Of a DNA stretch of 64,000 nt, positions 9,431 through 18,618 are shown in pieces. The position numbers and the translations under genes are program-made. The notes under the pieces were generated by a model. It worked only from the letters and a program-made list of their open reading frames with translations, was not told where the DNA came from and did not search any database. Positions within the stretch are counted from its first letter, which is position 1. The number at the start of each line of letters is the position of its first letter. Source of the DNA: Candidatus Levybacteria bacterium RIFCSPHIGHO2_01_FULL_36_15b (GTDB lineage Bacteria > Patescibacteriota > Microgenomatia > Levybacterales > UBA12049); the NCBI GenBank assembly GCA_001782045.1, contig MFNK01000009.1, forward strand, positions 7,516 through 71,515, given 5' to 3'.

Positions 9431-12142
9431 ATGAAAGAAAAACAACAGGAATCAAGATCCTTATCGAAAAGTGTTCAGGGATATCTTACTGATTCAGAAA
9501 GAACGGTTTTAAGACCACACCAACTTACCGTTTTTGAAGATATACGAAAATTTTTTGAGGAGGGAAACAAAAGAGGATATGTTAGCTTACCTACTGGAAC
9601 AGGAAAGACTGTTCTTTTTGTGGAACTATCTAAAGCTTTATTAGACGTCCAGCCAGAACAAAAAAAACCAAAAATATTAGTCGTAACTCCATCTAAGGAT
9701 TTGGTTCATCAAACAATGGGCAAAAGTGGAGAAAGAGGATATGGTAAATTTGCCCCGGAATTAGGCGTTGGATCATATTTCAGTGATACTCCTAGCTCAG
9801 AAAAAACAGAAGCAGGTTTTTTAGACAATGACGTAGTAATTACTACTTATGATTCTTTTGCAATCTTAACTAATGCAACTGAATATGAATATACCCCAAT
9901 TGAACATGTAAAAATACCTCGCGTAAAAATACCTCGCGTAAAAATAGAACACATAGAAATACCAGAAGAAGATTTAAAAAATCATGGTAAAGGACAATTT
10001 AGTGATGGGGTAATAAATTCTGAAATCTATAAAAGAATGGTAGAGGTATTTGGAGAGGAAGGAACAATAAAAGCAGTTTCCAAATGGAAAGAATACCCGG
10101 TTCTTAACCAAGAACTATTCGAAACAGAATACTATAAAAGAATATTAGCCCTTTATGGAGAGAAAGAAGCATTAAAAAGAATTAAAATCTGGCAATCATA
10201 TCCAAAGGGAGATGATTTCTTAAATTCAACAATCTTTAAAAAAATAGAGGCTCTTTATGGAGAGAAAGAAGCCTTGAAAATTATTAAACAGTGGCAGTCC
10301 TACCCCATTGTTGATGAAAAACTATTTGAATCCAAATTTTATAAGAAAACAGTTGAGTTCATTGGGGTAGAGAAAGCAAGGAAAACAATTTCGAGCTTGG
10401 AGAAATATCCCCTATCTGCGAAAAAATTATTTGAATCAGACTTTTACAAAAGAATAGTTTCTCTTTTTGGAAAAAAAGGAGCCCTTGAAATGATTAGGCA
10501 ATGGCAATCTTTGGTAAATATTGAGCAAGTAATATTTGAACCCGAGTTCCACAAAAAAACAATTTCATTTATTGCTGAAAAAGAAGCTCTAAATAAATTG
10601 AGATTTTGGAGATCTTACCCAATAATTAATGATTTGCTTGAATCCGATACTTATAAGAAATGGTTAATTTTCTATGGGGAGAAAGATTTGATGAAATCAG
10701 TTAGGACAAAAAAATCGTTTCCTGTAATAACAGATAGGAAACTAATCGATAATTTCGACATTTTTGTTTTGGATGAAGCGCATCATGTTTTTGGTCAGGC
10801 AATAGCAGATTTGGTACAAAGCATCCCAGAAGACAAGTTAGTAATTGGTTTTACAGCAACTCCCGAAGCAAACAGGTTTAAAAAATTACAGAAATATCTT
10901 CCGTATGAAATCCATAATTTAGGAATAACAGAGGCAATAAGCCTAGATCTACTGGCGCCAATGTTACCAGTAGCGTTAAAAAGTGGGCTAAGAATAGATG
11001 GATCCGATATTTACGATGAGAGAGGTGAATACATAGATACCAAAATCTCATATTTAGCTCATGATGAAAAAAGAAACAAAATAGTGGTAGAGGCTACTAA
11101 GGCCATGTCGTCTTTGGGTAAGGGAATAATAATATCTTGCATTGCAGGGGGAGAAGCATGGCATGCAAAATATTTAGCAGAAAAGCTGAAAGAAGAAGGT
11201 ATAAAAGCGGAGGCTATTTATTCAGAAGTTCCGGCTAAAACCAGACAAGAAATATACGACAAATTTAATAGAGGAGAAATAAATGCTCTAACATTTATAG
11301 GAGTAATTGGTGAGGGATGGGATAGTGAAAGAGCAAAAGTAATTATAAATGCAAGGCCCACAAGATCTGATATTTTTGCAAAGCAGAGACTGGGAAGAAT
11401 AACAAGGCGCAATGGAGAATTGGCAGTAGCAATAGATATTCAAGATGATTTTGACCCTAAAAATCCTCCGGTAACAGTTGCAGACGCATTAGAGGTAGGA
11501 AAAGTGAGTTTTGGGACAATTATTGGGACAAACACAGATGTAAAAGAAGGGGAGATTTTGTCTTTACTTAAAAATAATACTCCGATTGAAGAGCAAGTTA
11601 AAGCTCCTTTTTCAGAATTCAAAAACCAGCTAGCAACGCTTCCTCAGTTAAAAAGAGGTTTTGTTTTGTCAGAAAGAGGCTTCCCAGAATATGCAATTGC
11701 TACAAGAGTAAACGGCCAGTATAGAGGCTTGACCACTGAATTTTTAGATAAAGTAGGAGAAGTAAATAATATTGAGATAAATAAACGAACTGCAGCTATG
11801 GATAGATCAACAAGAGAGGTATACAGTATTGATCAAACCAGAAGACTTTTGGCTTCTCTCCCAAGGGTAGAACCAAGTAAGTACTACATAGATAGTAAAA
11901 ACAACAAATGGATTTCAATAAAAGGCTTACAAGCTCTTTTTAGTCGAAGGTTTACAAATTTAAGTGAGGGACGTTTGGTAAAAATAACAACTGACATTCA
12001 GGATGAATTATCATGGATACCAGCAGTATATGAAATTAATAATCGAGGAAGCAGATTATTTTTTGCAATAAAATTATTCAGTGCCACACCCGAGGCTATC
12101 AGAAAAATAACGGAAGCGATAGAAAAGTCCTATAATAATTGA
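9431..12142 (+). CDS. SF2 DEAH-box helicase (type III restriction res-subunit-like core) with seven tandem ~36-aa repeats inserted in RecA domain 1 and a ~250-aa C-terminal extension
   Basis: Motif I LPTGTGKT, Ia VVTPSKDLVHQT, II VLDEAHHV, III FTATP, V TFIGVIGEGWDSE, VI QRLGRITRR. Seven repeats of the pattern F/Y-YKK-x5-G-x3-A-x3-I-x2-WQSYP fall between motifs Ia and II (nt ~10015-10750). Confidence 0.7.
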   Translation: MKEKQQESRSLSKSVQGYLTDSERTVLRPHQLTVFEDIRKFFEEGNKRGYVSLPTGTGKTVLFVELSKALLDVQPEQKKPKILVVTPSKDLVHQTMGKSGERGYGKFAPELGVGSYFSDTPSSEKTEAGFLDNDVVITTYDSFAILTNATEYEYTPIEHVKIPRVKIPRVKIEHIEIPEEDLKNHGKGQFSDGVINSEIYKRMVEVFGEEGTIKAVSKWKEYPVLNQELFETEYYKRILALYGEKEALKRIKIWQSYPKGDDFLNSTIFKKIEALYGEKEALKIIKQWQSYPIVDEKLFESKFYKKTVEFIGVEKARKTISSLEKYPLSAKKLFESDFYKRIVSLFGKKGALEMIRQWQSLVNIEQVIFEPEFHKKTISFIAEKEALNKLRFWRSYPIINDLLESDTYKKWLIFYGEKDLMKSVRTKKSFPVITDRKLIDNFDIFVLDEAHHVFGQAIADLVQSIPEDKLVIGFTATPEANRFKKLQKYLPYEIHNLGITEAISLDLLAPMLPVALKSGLRIDGSDIYDERGEYIDTKISYLAHDEKRNKIVVEATKAMSSLGKGIIISCIAGGEAWHAKYLAEKLKEEGIKAEAIYSEVPAKTRQEIYDKFNRGEINALTFIGVIGEGWDSERAKVIINARPTRSDIFAKQRLGRITRRNGELAVAIDIQDDFDPKNPPVTVADALEVGKVSFGTIIGTNTDVKEGEILSLLKNNTPIEEQVKAPFSEFKNQLATLPQLKRGFVLSERGFPEYAIATRVNGQYRGLTTEFLDKVGEVNNIEINKRTAAMDRSTREVYSIDQTRRLLASLPRVEPSKYYIDSKNNKWISIKGLQALFSRRFTNLSEGRLVKITTDIQDELSWIPAVYEINNRGSRLFFAIKLFSATPEAIRKITEAIEKSYNN
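9908..9952 (+). repeat. in-frame 15-bp perfect tandem duplication (GTAAAAATACCTCGC x2 plus a diverged third unit), encoding VKIPR-VKIPR-VKIEH
   Basis: Directly visible at 9908-9922 and 9923-9937, then GTAAAAATAGAACAC at 9938-9952. Confidence 0.9.
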
Positions 12143-12177
12143 CATTGTAAAAAATTAATGTATAATACTCTACCTAT

Positions 12178-13902
12178 ATGACGAAAGAAATAGAAAACTT
12201 AAAACAAATGTCAGCTCAGCGAGAGGTTTTTAGCTCTTTGGTTAACAAAAGAGAAAAACAATATAGTATGCTGGGTCAGCAGGTTAATCAAGAAAGTCTT
12301 GAAAAAGCTGTAAAAATAGGCGAAATAATGGATAGAACCCAAGCTCGACAACTGCGCATTGCAGAAAAAGTTGAATTACTTGATCAATCTATTTCCACGG
12401 AGTCAGAAAGAGTAGAAAGCCTTATCCAACGTCTTGAAGAATTGGGTTCAAGAAATCCCGCAATACATTCAGTATACGAAACATTTCGATCAGAATTTGA
12501 AGATTGGAATACTCCTCAAACAGCAAAACCAGAAGAAATAATACCACAACCGGTTGTTGAAGAGATCTCTGTTCCCGCAGTTCCTGAAGTTTCTGCTGGT
12601 TTTGAAGGACAAACAAGAATTGGTGGAAAAAAAGAAATATATGTGCTTCCAAATGGAACAGAACTTAAAACAACGCAAACAAGATTGCGAATTCTTCAAG
12701 CTCTTGAAAAAGGCCCTGCATCCATGGAGGAATTGGAGGAAGTTACGGGGAAAAATGCAGGATGGGTTTCTTCGACTATACATCAATTAGATAATCAACT
12801 GCAGCAATACAATTATAGAATACGTAATCTTAGCAGCGCAAAACAATTCGGCGCGAGGTATGTTCGGCAGTACGAGGGTGAAGAAGATATCACTCAAGGC
12901 GTGCAAGAGCATAGCGAAAAAGATTTAACAGAAGATAGCCATGCTGAGCAGGAGACTGAAGCGTCACTTGAATCAGGAGCTTTGCAAATTCCTCAGATTC
13001 CGGTGTTGAGACATATTGAATCTGCAAATCCACACAAATATGACGAAACTATTACCGTAAAATATGCCTTGGGACAAATTGAAAGCATAGCTCCTAATGA
13101 AAGAACAGAAGAAGAACAACAGCTAGTCAAAGATGCTGAATATCTAAAAAAATATACGCCATCAATCCGTTATCAGTCAATTTATACACAGGAGGAGATA
13201 CACGGTTTAGTCTTAAAATTAAAAACCCTGGAAGGTAAAAAAAGAGAAGATTTTGATGATGTAGAAGATAGAATAATAAATCACTTGATACAGATTGAAA
13301 AATCGACTTCTTCAAAATATGAATCTCCTAAAAAATCTACATCATGGGTTACTCTTAAAAATCGTGCATTTAGAGTAAGTAGATATCTCGCTGCAAAATA
13401 TGCACAGCGACAAGAACAAGCTGGTTATTTTATTAATCTGCATGATCCGCATCCAGAAACTCCTCCTCATGATTTATCAGCTATTTTTACTTTTGTTGCA
13501 TATGATCATGCAGTAAATACTATTGGAGCGAGAACTGTAGGCGTGACTGATCAACGATTTGCTAATTTCGAATCAAATTGCGAAGCAATAAATAAATGGT
13601 ATGAAGCTGCAAAACCATTCATTGACAAAATTCCAGGACATCTCAAGTTGCCAACAGGCTATGATGAACATCAGAGACAGGTTGGAGCCAGATGGTTTTT
13701 GTCTGATCTTGTGGCCACCATGAATATTAGGTTAAATGGAAATGGCCATAATAAATTCGAAGGTTTTGAGAAATATTATAGATATGATGTTGCAGGAGCG
13801 ATGGCTTTGCAATACAAAATTAAACATACAGTAGATGAAATAAATGAGATGTTGAAAAACATTACTACAGAAGAAATTGTTCCTCTCGAGCCCAATAGTT
13901 AA
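12178..13902 (+). CDS. hypothetical protein: coiled-coil N-terminus, possible wHTH segment (TRLRILQALEKGPASMEELEEVTG), unknown C-terminal domain
   Basis: 574 aa, no catalytic motif recognised. Follows the helicase after a 35-bp gap. Confidence 0.45.
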   Translation: MTKEIENLKQMSAQREVFSSLVNKREKQYSMLGQQVNQESLEKAVKIGEIMDRTQARQLRIAEKVELLDQSISTESERVESLIQRLEELGSRNPAIHSVYETFRSEFEDWNTPQTAKPEEIIPQPVVEEISVPAVPEVSAGFEGQTRIGGKKEIYVLPNGTELKTTQTRLRILQALEKGPASMEELEEVTGKNAGWVSSTIHQLDNQLQQYNYRIRNLSSAKQFGARYVRQYEGEEDITQGVQEHSEKDLTEDSHAEQETEASLESGALQIPQIPVLRHIESANPHKYDETITVKYALGQIESIAPNERTEEEQQLVKDAEYLKKYTPSIRYQSIYTQEEIHGLVLKLKTLEGKKREDFDDVEDRIINHLIQIEKSTSSKYESPKKSTSWVTLKNRAFRVSRYLAAKYAQRQEQAGYFINLHDPHPETPPHDLSAIFTFVAYDHAVNTIGARTVGVTDQRFANFESNCEAINKWYEAAKPFIDKIPGHLKLPTGYDEHQRQVGARWFLSDLVATMNIRLNGNGHNKFEGFEKYYRYDVAGAMALQYKIKHTVDEINEMLKNITTEEIVPLEPNS

Positions 13903-13945
13903 ATAGAAGTTTGTAATTTGAGCGCAATGTTTCTATACTTAAACT

Positions 13946-14272
13946 ATGTGGAGACTGCCCATTTATATACTTAAATTTTGGTACCTGGAAGCTCCGTTTT
14001 CGCTTGTAGGTTATTTTTTAAACCTCAACAAATCATTTTTTAATGCATTTTCTATGCTTCTTATGGTTAAAACGTTTTTTAAGCCTTGGAAAAATGAATA
14101 CAGGGAAGGTTTAGTAAAATTCTCCGTATTTATGGGAATTATTTTTAAGACTTTGTTTATTACTGCTGACGTATTTTTATTTGCAGTATTGTTGTTTTTT
14201 GAGCTTACATTCTTTATTGCATTTCTAGTATTTCCTATAGCAATATTTTATTTGCCGTTTATAAAATTATGA
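13946..14272 (+). CDS. hypothetical small membrane protein, translationally coupled (ATGA overlap) to the downstream Clp-like ATPase
   Basis: 108 aa, 3 TM helices. Stop TGA overlaps the ATG of the next gene at 14269-14272. Confidence 0.4.
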   Translation: MWRLPIYILKFWYLEAPFSLVGYFLNLNKSFFNAFSMLLMVKTFFKPWKNEYREGLVKFSVFMGIIFKTLFITADVFLFAVLLFFELTFFIAFLVFPIAIFYLPFIKL

Positions 14273-16635
14273 GAATATTAGCCAAATTTTACCATTGGTA
14301 TACTAATTTATTAACAGAAGTAACAAGAATTTTACTCTTTATTCTTCTTATAGGCTTAGTCGTTTTAAGTTATGTATATAAAATTTACCCGAATATTTTT
14401 ATTACTCTATTTGGGTTATTTATTATGTTTGAAGTCTATTTTTACCAGAAAATTGTAAAACATACTCCAAAGACTACAGTTTCCAACAATACGGGAAGTA
14501 TTTTTGATTCTTTTATAATTGAATCTTTATCTGCCTTTGAGGCAAGTAACAGTTCTGAGCAGATAATTAGATATTTAGTTAAACTTCCTCAAATTAAATT
14601 TATTATTTCTAAGTGTTGCTCCAGTAATAAAAATGTTCCAATTATTCCGGTAGAAAAAGAGGAGTTGGCAAAATCCGCGTTTGAGCTTGCCAAGGTTTTA
14701 AACGCAAAATTTGTTACCACCATAGATATTTTTGGAGCATATTTGAAGCTAATTGAACCTAAAACAAAGTTTTTGTTTAACGAAAAACTAAAACAAGAAG
14801 ATCTGAATAATATTTTGCTTTGGGCATCAAATAATTTCGCAGGAGAAGAAGTAGATAAAAAGGCTCAAATCTCATTTGCAGGGGAAGGTATTGCAGAAGA
14901 CTGGATTTATGGTTGGACACTAGAGACTAAAAAGTACACGGTTGATTTGACAAAAGAATATGTAAATCAAGATGAGCCGGTAGTTAGATTAAACGAATAT
15001 AACCAGTTGACGGAAGCTTTGTATAAGGGATCAAGTGTTGTGTTAGTAGGGGATGTTGGAGCTGGCAAGGATTCAATAGTTAGATTCTTTGCAGTAGAGA
15101 GCTATATGGGAAGATTGTCGGGAAATTTATATCACCAAAGGGTTTATAGACTTATGGTCGATGCTTTAATGGGAGGAGCAAGCCAGCAAGGAGAACTTGA
15201 AGAAAGACTTAACTTAACCATGCAGGAGCTGACTCACAGTGGCAATGTAATAATTTATATTCCTGAATTTCAAAACCTATTGGGAGCACAGTCTTTTAAT
15301 TTAGATATTTCGGGGGCAATTTTGCCTTATCTGCAAAACAAAAATGTTAGAATCATAGCATCCGTTACTCCGAGTGCTTATAAAAAATATGTTGAGCCCA
15401 ATAAGACGCTTCTAGATACTTTAGAGATTATAAATTTCCCGCAAATAACACACGAAGAAATGCTCGATATTCTTTTTGCAAAAGTTTCTGAAATTGAAAT
15501 TCTAAATAACGTCTCATTTTCTTACCGAGCAGTTTTAACAGCAGCTAGATATTCAAAAAATTACTCTAATGAAAGAGTAGAGCCAGGGAGTGCCGTAGTA
15601 TTGCTTGAAGACAGTGCAAATTCGGTTCATATATCCGGAAAACAAATAGTTGAGGAGGAAGATATTCTTTCTCAAGTGAAGAAAAAAGTACATGTTGAAG
15701 TTGGAGAACCAAAGCCAGTTGAGAAGAAGCTCTTATTAAATTTGGAAAATGAAATTCACAAAAGAATTATAAATCAAGCGGAGGCTGTTTCGGCAATTTC
15801 GGAGGCTATTAGAAGATTAAGATCCGGTTTAAAAACCCCTACCAAGCCAATATCATTTCTCTTTTTAGGCCCAACTGGAGTTGGAAAGACAGAAACCGCA
15901 AAAGCTCTTGCAGAGATTTATTTCGAGGGAAAAGAAAGACTAATTAGACTTGATATGAGCGAATTTTCTGGTGTTGATGGAGAGAAAAGACTTTTGGGGG
16001 CACCACCAGGCGAGGGAGACGAAAAAGGACAGCTAACGGAAGCAATTTATGATAGTCCTTACTCACTAGTTTTACTCGATGAATTTGAAAAAGCAGATCA
16101 AACCATTCTGGATTTATTTTTACAAGTATTCGATGACGGAAGACTCACCGATAATAAGGGAAAAACCGTTTCTTTTGCAAATTCAATCATTATTTCAACT
16201 TCAAATGCTGCTTCAGAATTCATCCGAGAACAGATAGCAATGGGGGTAATAGTCGATAAAAATTTTAAGACAAAACTTATTGAATTTCTCGAAACTAAAG
16301 GTGTATTTAAGCCTGAACTATTAAATAGATTTGATGATATTATTGTTTTTAAACCACTTGGAAACCCTGAAATTATACAAATTGTAAAATTGCTTCTTAC
16401 AGATGTTACTAAAAACTTAAAAGAAAAAGATATAAATGTAATGTTTGAAGAACCCGTTATTGAAAAAATAGCAACCGAGGGATTTGATCGGGATTTTGGC
16501 GCAAGGCCACTTAAAAGATACATTCAGGATAATATCGAAGACCTAATCGCCCAAAAAATGTTAAAAGACGAAATAAAAAGAGGAGACAAAATAGTAGTTT
16601 CAGTAAGTCCTGAAGGAAAAATAGTCATAGGTTGA
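14269..16635 (+). CDS. membrane-anchored Clp/Hsp100-type double AAA+ ATPase (ClpC-like) with degenerate D1 and intact D2
   Basis: N-terminal TM helices, then a degenerate Clp_N-like segment (VTTIDIFGAYLKLIE). D1 has Walker A GDVGAGKDS and Walker B IIYIPEF, both non-canonical. D2 has GPTGVGKTETAKALA, LVLLDEFEKA, sensor-2 GARPLKRYIQ. Confidence 0.7.
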   Translation: MRILAKFYHWYTNLLTEVTRILLFILLIGLVVLSYVYKIYPNIFITLFGLFIMFEVYFYQKIVKHTPKTTVSNNTGSIFDSFIIESLSAFEASNSSEQIIRYLVKLPQIKFIISKCCSSNKNVPIIPVEKEELAKSAFELAKVLNAKFVTTIDIFGAYLKLIEPKTKFLFNEKLKQEDLNNILLWASNNFAGEEVDKKAQISFAGEGIAEDWIYGWTLETKKYTVDLTKEYVNQDEPVVRLNEYNQLTEALYKGSSVVLVGDVGAGKDSIVRFFAVESYMGRLSGNLYHQRVYRLMVDALMGGASQQGELEERLNLTMQELTHSGNVIIYIPEFQNLLGAQSFNLDISGAILPYLQNKNVRIIASVTPSAYKKYVEPNKTLLDTLEIINFPQITHEEMLDILFAKVSEIEILNNVSFSYRAVLTAARYSKNYSNERVEPGSAVVLLEDSANSVHISGKQIVEEEDILSQVKKKVHVEVGEPKPVEKKLLLNLENEIHKRIINQAEAVSAISEAIRRLRSGLKTPTKPISFLFLGPTGVGKTETAKALAEIYFEGKERLIRLDMSEFSGVDGEKRLLGAPPGEGDEKGQLTEAIYDSPYSLVLLDEFEKADQTILDLFLQVFDDGRLTDNKGKTVSFANSIIISTSNAASEFIREQIAMGVIVDKNFKTKLIEFLETKGVFKPELLNRFDDIIVFKPLGNPEIIQIVKLLLTDVTKNLKEKDINVMFEEPVIEKIATEGFDRDFGARPLKRYIQDNIEDLIAQKMLKDEIKRGDKIVVSVSPEGKIVIG

Positions 16636-16812
16636 CATATTTGTATTAATTTCTTATATTAAATCTAATATGAATAGCAGAGTTGACGTGTACAATAATT
16701 TCTCCCCACAAAAATCTCTTAGTTAAAACTAGGAGAGCCTCAAGTTTTTAGAAAACAACTAATAAGATTTTTAAGCCTCCTAGATAAATTTTTTTGAAAG
16801 GAGGTGATTAAA

Positions 16813-17298
16813 TTGAGTAAAGAAAGAGCTCTTAAAGGATTACAGAAAGACGACTTATATTACCGGTTCGTAACAAAAGTAATTGGTCTTGATGAATCTG
16901 CTTCAGTAAAAGATGTAGAGATTGCAAGTTCAAAATGGTTTTCTAATGCACTTAGAAATACAGCAATTAAAGCATTGGGTCTTTCTGTATCAGCGACAGA
17001 TGAAGAAATAGATAAGGCTCAAAAAACTCCGGAAGGAGGAAGATTAGTGCGGCGTGCAATGCTTGGAGGAATAACAGATGAAGAACTGACTATTTTTGAA
17101 AGAGATGACCCAATTCCATTTCCCTATTCAAAGTACATACCAAAAGAAAGTATATTTGCAAGCGAGGGAAGAAAAAATAAAAAACGAAAACGAAGAAGAA
17201 GATTACGAAAAAGAAAATGTTCGTCTTGTCGAAATGAATTCAAGAAAACAGGTATAAAGCCGGAAAAGTGCATACACAAAGGAATTAATTTGTCTTGA
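16813..17298 (+). CDS. hypothetical protein with poly-basic C-terminal tail and a possible zinc-ribbon
   Basis: ORF track starts at GTG 16804, inside the aaggagg SD. TTG 16813 has better SD spacing. C-terminus RKNKKRKRRRRLRKRKCSSC...KCIH. Confidence 0.4.
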   Translation: MSKERALKGLQKDDLYYRFVTKVIGLDESASVKDVEIASSKWFSNALRNTAIKALGLSVSATDEEIDKAQKTPEGGRLVRRAMLGGITDEELTIFERDDPIPFPYSKYIPKESIFASEGRKNKKRKRRRRLRKRKCSSCRNEFKKTGIKPEKCIHKGINLS

Positions 17299-17332
17299 AG
17301 CTAGCTCGCTAAACTGATATAATGGCAAAACT

Positions 17333-18583
17333 ATGCCTGCAATACAAAGAAGTGAATTCGCATTAGCGCTAAATCAGGTATCAAACGAAAGGGGCTTGGA
17401 CCCCGAAATAATTTTAGATGCAGTTCGTAATGCCATTTTAGCTGCTTACAGAAAAGATCATCCCGAATCGGAGCTTGAAGAATTCACAGCCTTACTCGAT
17501 GCAAATACAGGCGAAGCAAAAATTTTACAAGGTGATAAAGACGTCACCCCTCCTGGTTTTGGGAGAATTGCCGCACAAACCGCAAAACAGGTAATACTTC
17601 AAAAAATCCGAGAAAAAGAAAAAGAATCTGTAATGGCAGATTTTAAGCAAAAAATGGGATCAATTGTAAATGGAATGATTTTAAGATTTGCCGGGCCAAA
17701 TGTAATTGTAGATGTTGGAAAAACAGAGGCTCTAATGCCTCCGCAAGAACAAATTCAGAATGAAAAATACCATCTTAATCAAAGACTTGCAGTTTATATT
17801 CTTAATATTCAGGAGGGACCAAGAGGAGAAGAAGTAGTTGTATCCCGTGCTAGCAATGGACTCTTAGAAGGATTATTTAAAAGAGAAGTTCCGGAAGTAT
17901 CTCAAGGAGCAGTTGAAATAAAAGAAATAGTTAGAGAACCCGGGAATAGAAGTAAAGTAGCAGTATATTCAAATCAATCTGGAATTGATCCAGTAGGAAG
18001 TTGCGTTGGGCAAAAAGGCGTTAGAGTTCAGGCAATAATTGCAGAATTAGGAGGACTTGAAAAAATAGACATAATTCAGTGGCAGGAGAATATTAAGAAT
18101 TATATTGCACAGGCTCTTTCTCCTGCAAAGGATTTAAGAGTTGAGGTAAGTGAAGACGATAAAGTTGCCCACGTATTTGTTGCGCCAACGGAGCTTTCTT
18201 TGGCAATTGGTAAAGAAGGACAAAATGTAAGACTTGCTTCGAAATTAACCGGATACAGGATTGAAATAGAAGAAGATCCGACCAAGGCTGCAGCACCCGT
18301 AAAAGAAGAAGTTAAAGTCGCTGAGAAAACACCTGAAGAAGAAGTAAAGAAAGAGAAACAAGTTGCCGAATCAGCAACAACGGATGTCCAGAGCCAAGCT
18401 ACAGAAGAAGTAGCAGAGCCAGTAGTTTCTGACTTACCTATTCAAGTTTCAGAACCAGTACAGGAAGAAAATCAGGCAGAGCCTCAGGTAAATACAGAAG
18501 AAGCTAAATCTATTGAGGAAACACCGGTTGAAAATCCGGTCCAAAATAAGACAAAAGTTAAAGATGAAGAAAATTTACAATAA
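17333..18583 (+). CDS. nusA: transcription termination/antitermination factor NusA
   Basis: NusA N-terminal domain (FALALNQVSNERGLDPEIILDAV), S1 and two KH domains, acidic C-terminal tail. Confidence 0.9.
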   Translation: MPAIQRSEFALALNQVSNERGLDPEIILDAVRNAILAAYRKDHPESELEEFTALLDANTGEAKILQGDKDVTPPGFGRIAAQTAKQVILQKIREKEKESVMADFKQKMGSIVNGMILRFAGPNVIVDVGKTEALMPPQEQIQNEKYHLNQRLAVYILNIQEGPRGEEVVVSRASNGLLEGLFKREVPEVSQGAVEIKEIVREPGNRSKVAVYSNQSGIDPVGSCVGQKGVRVQAIIAELGGLEKIDIIQWQENIKNYIAQALSPAKDLRVEVSEDDKVAHVFVAPTELSLAIGKEGQNVRLASKLTGYRIEIEEDPTKAAAPVKEEVKVAEKTPEEEVKKEKQVAESATTDVQSQATEEVAEPVVSDLPIQVSEPVQEENQAEPQVNTEEAKSIEETPVENPVQNKTKVKDEENLQ

Positions 18584-18618
18584 TTTATGAAGCCCATGCG
18601 TTGTAAATTTAATTTAAT

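Noticed and set aside
16098-16523. 141-aa minus-strand ORF
   Set aside because: Antisense within the D2 domain of the Clp-like ATPase. Judged spurious.
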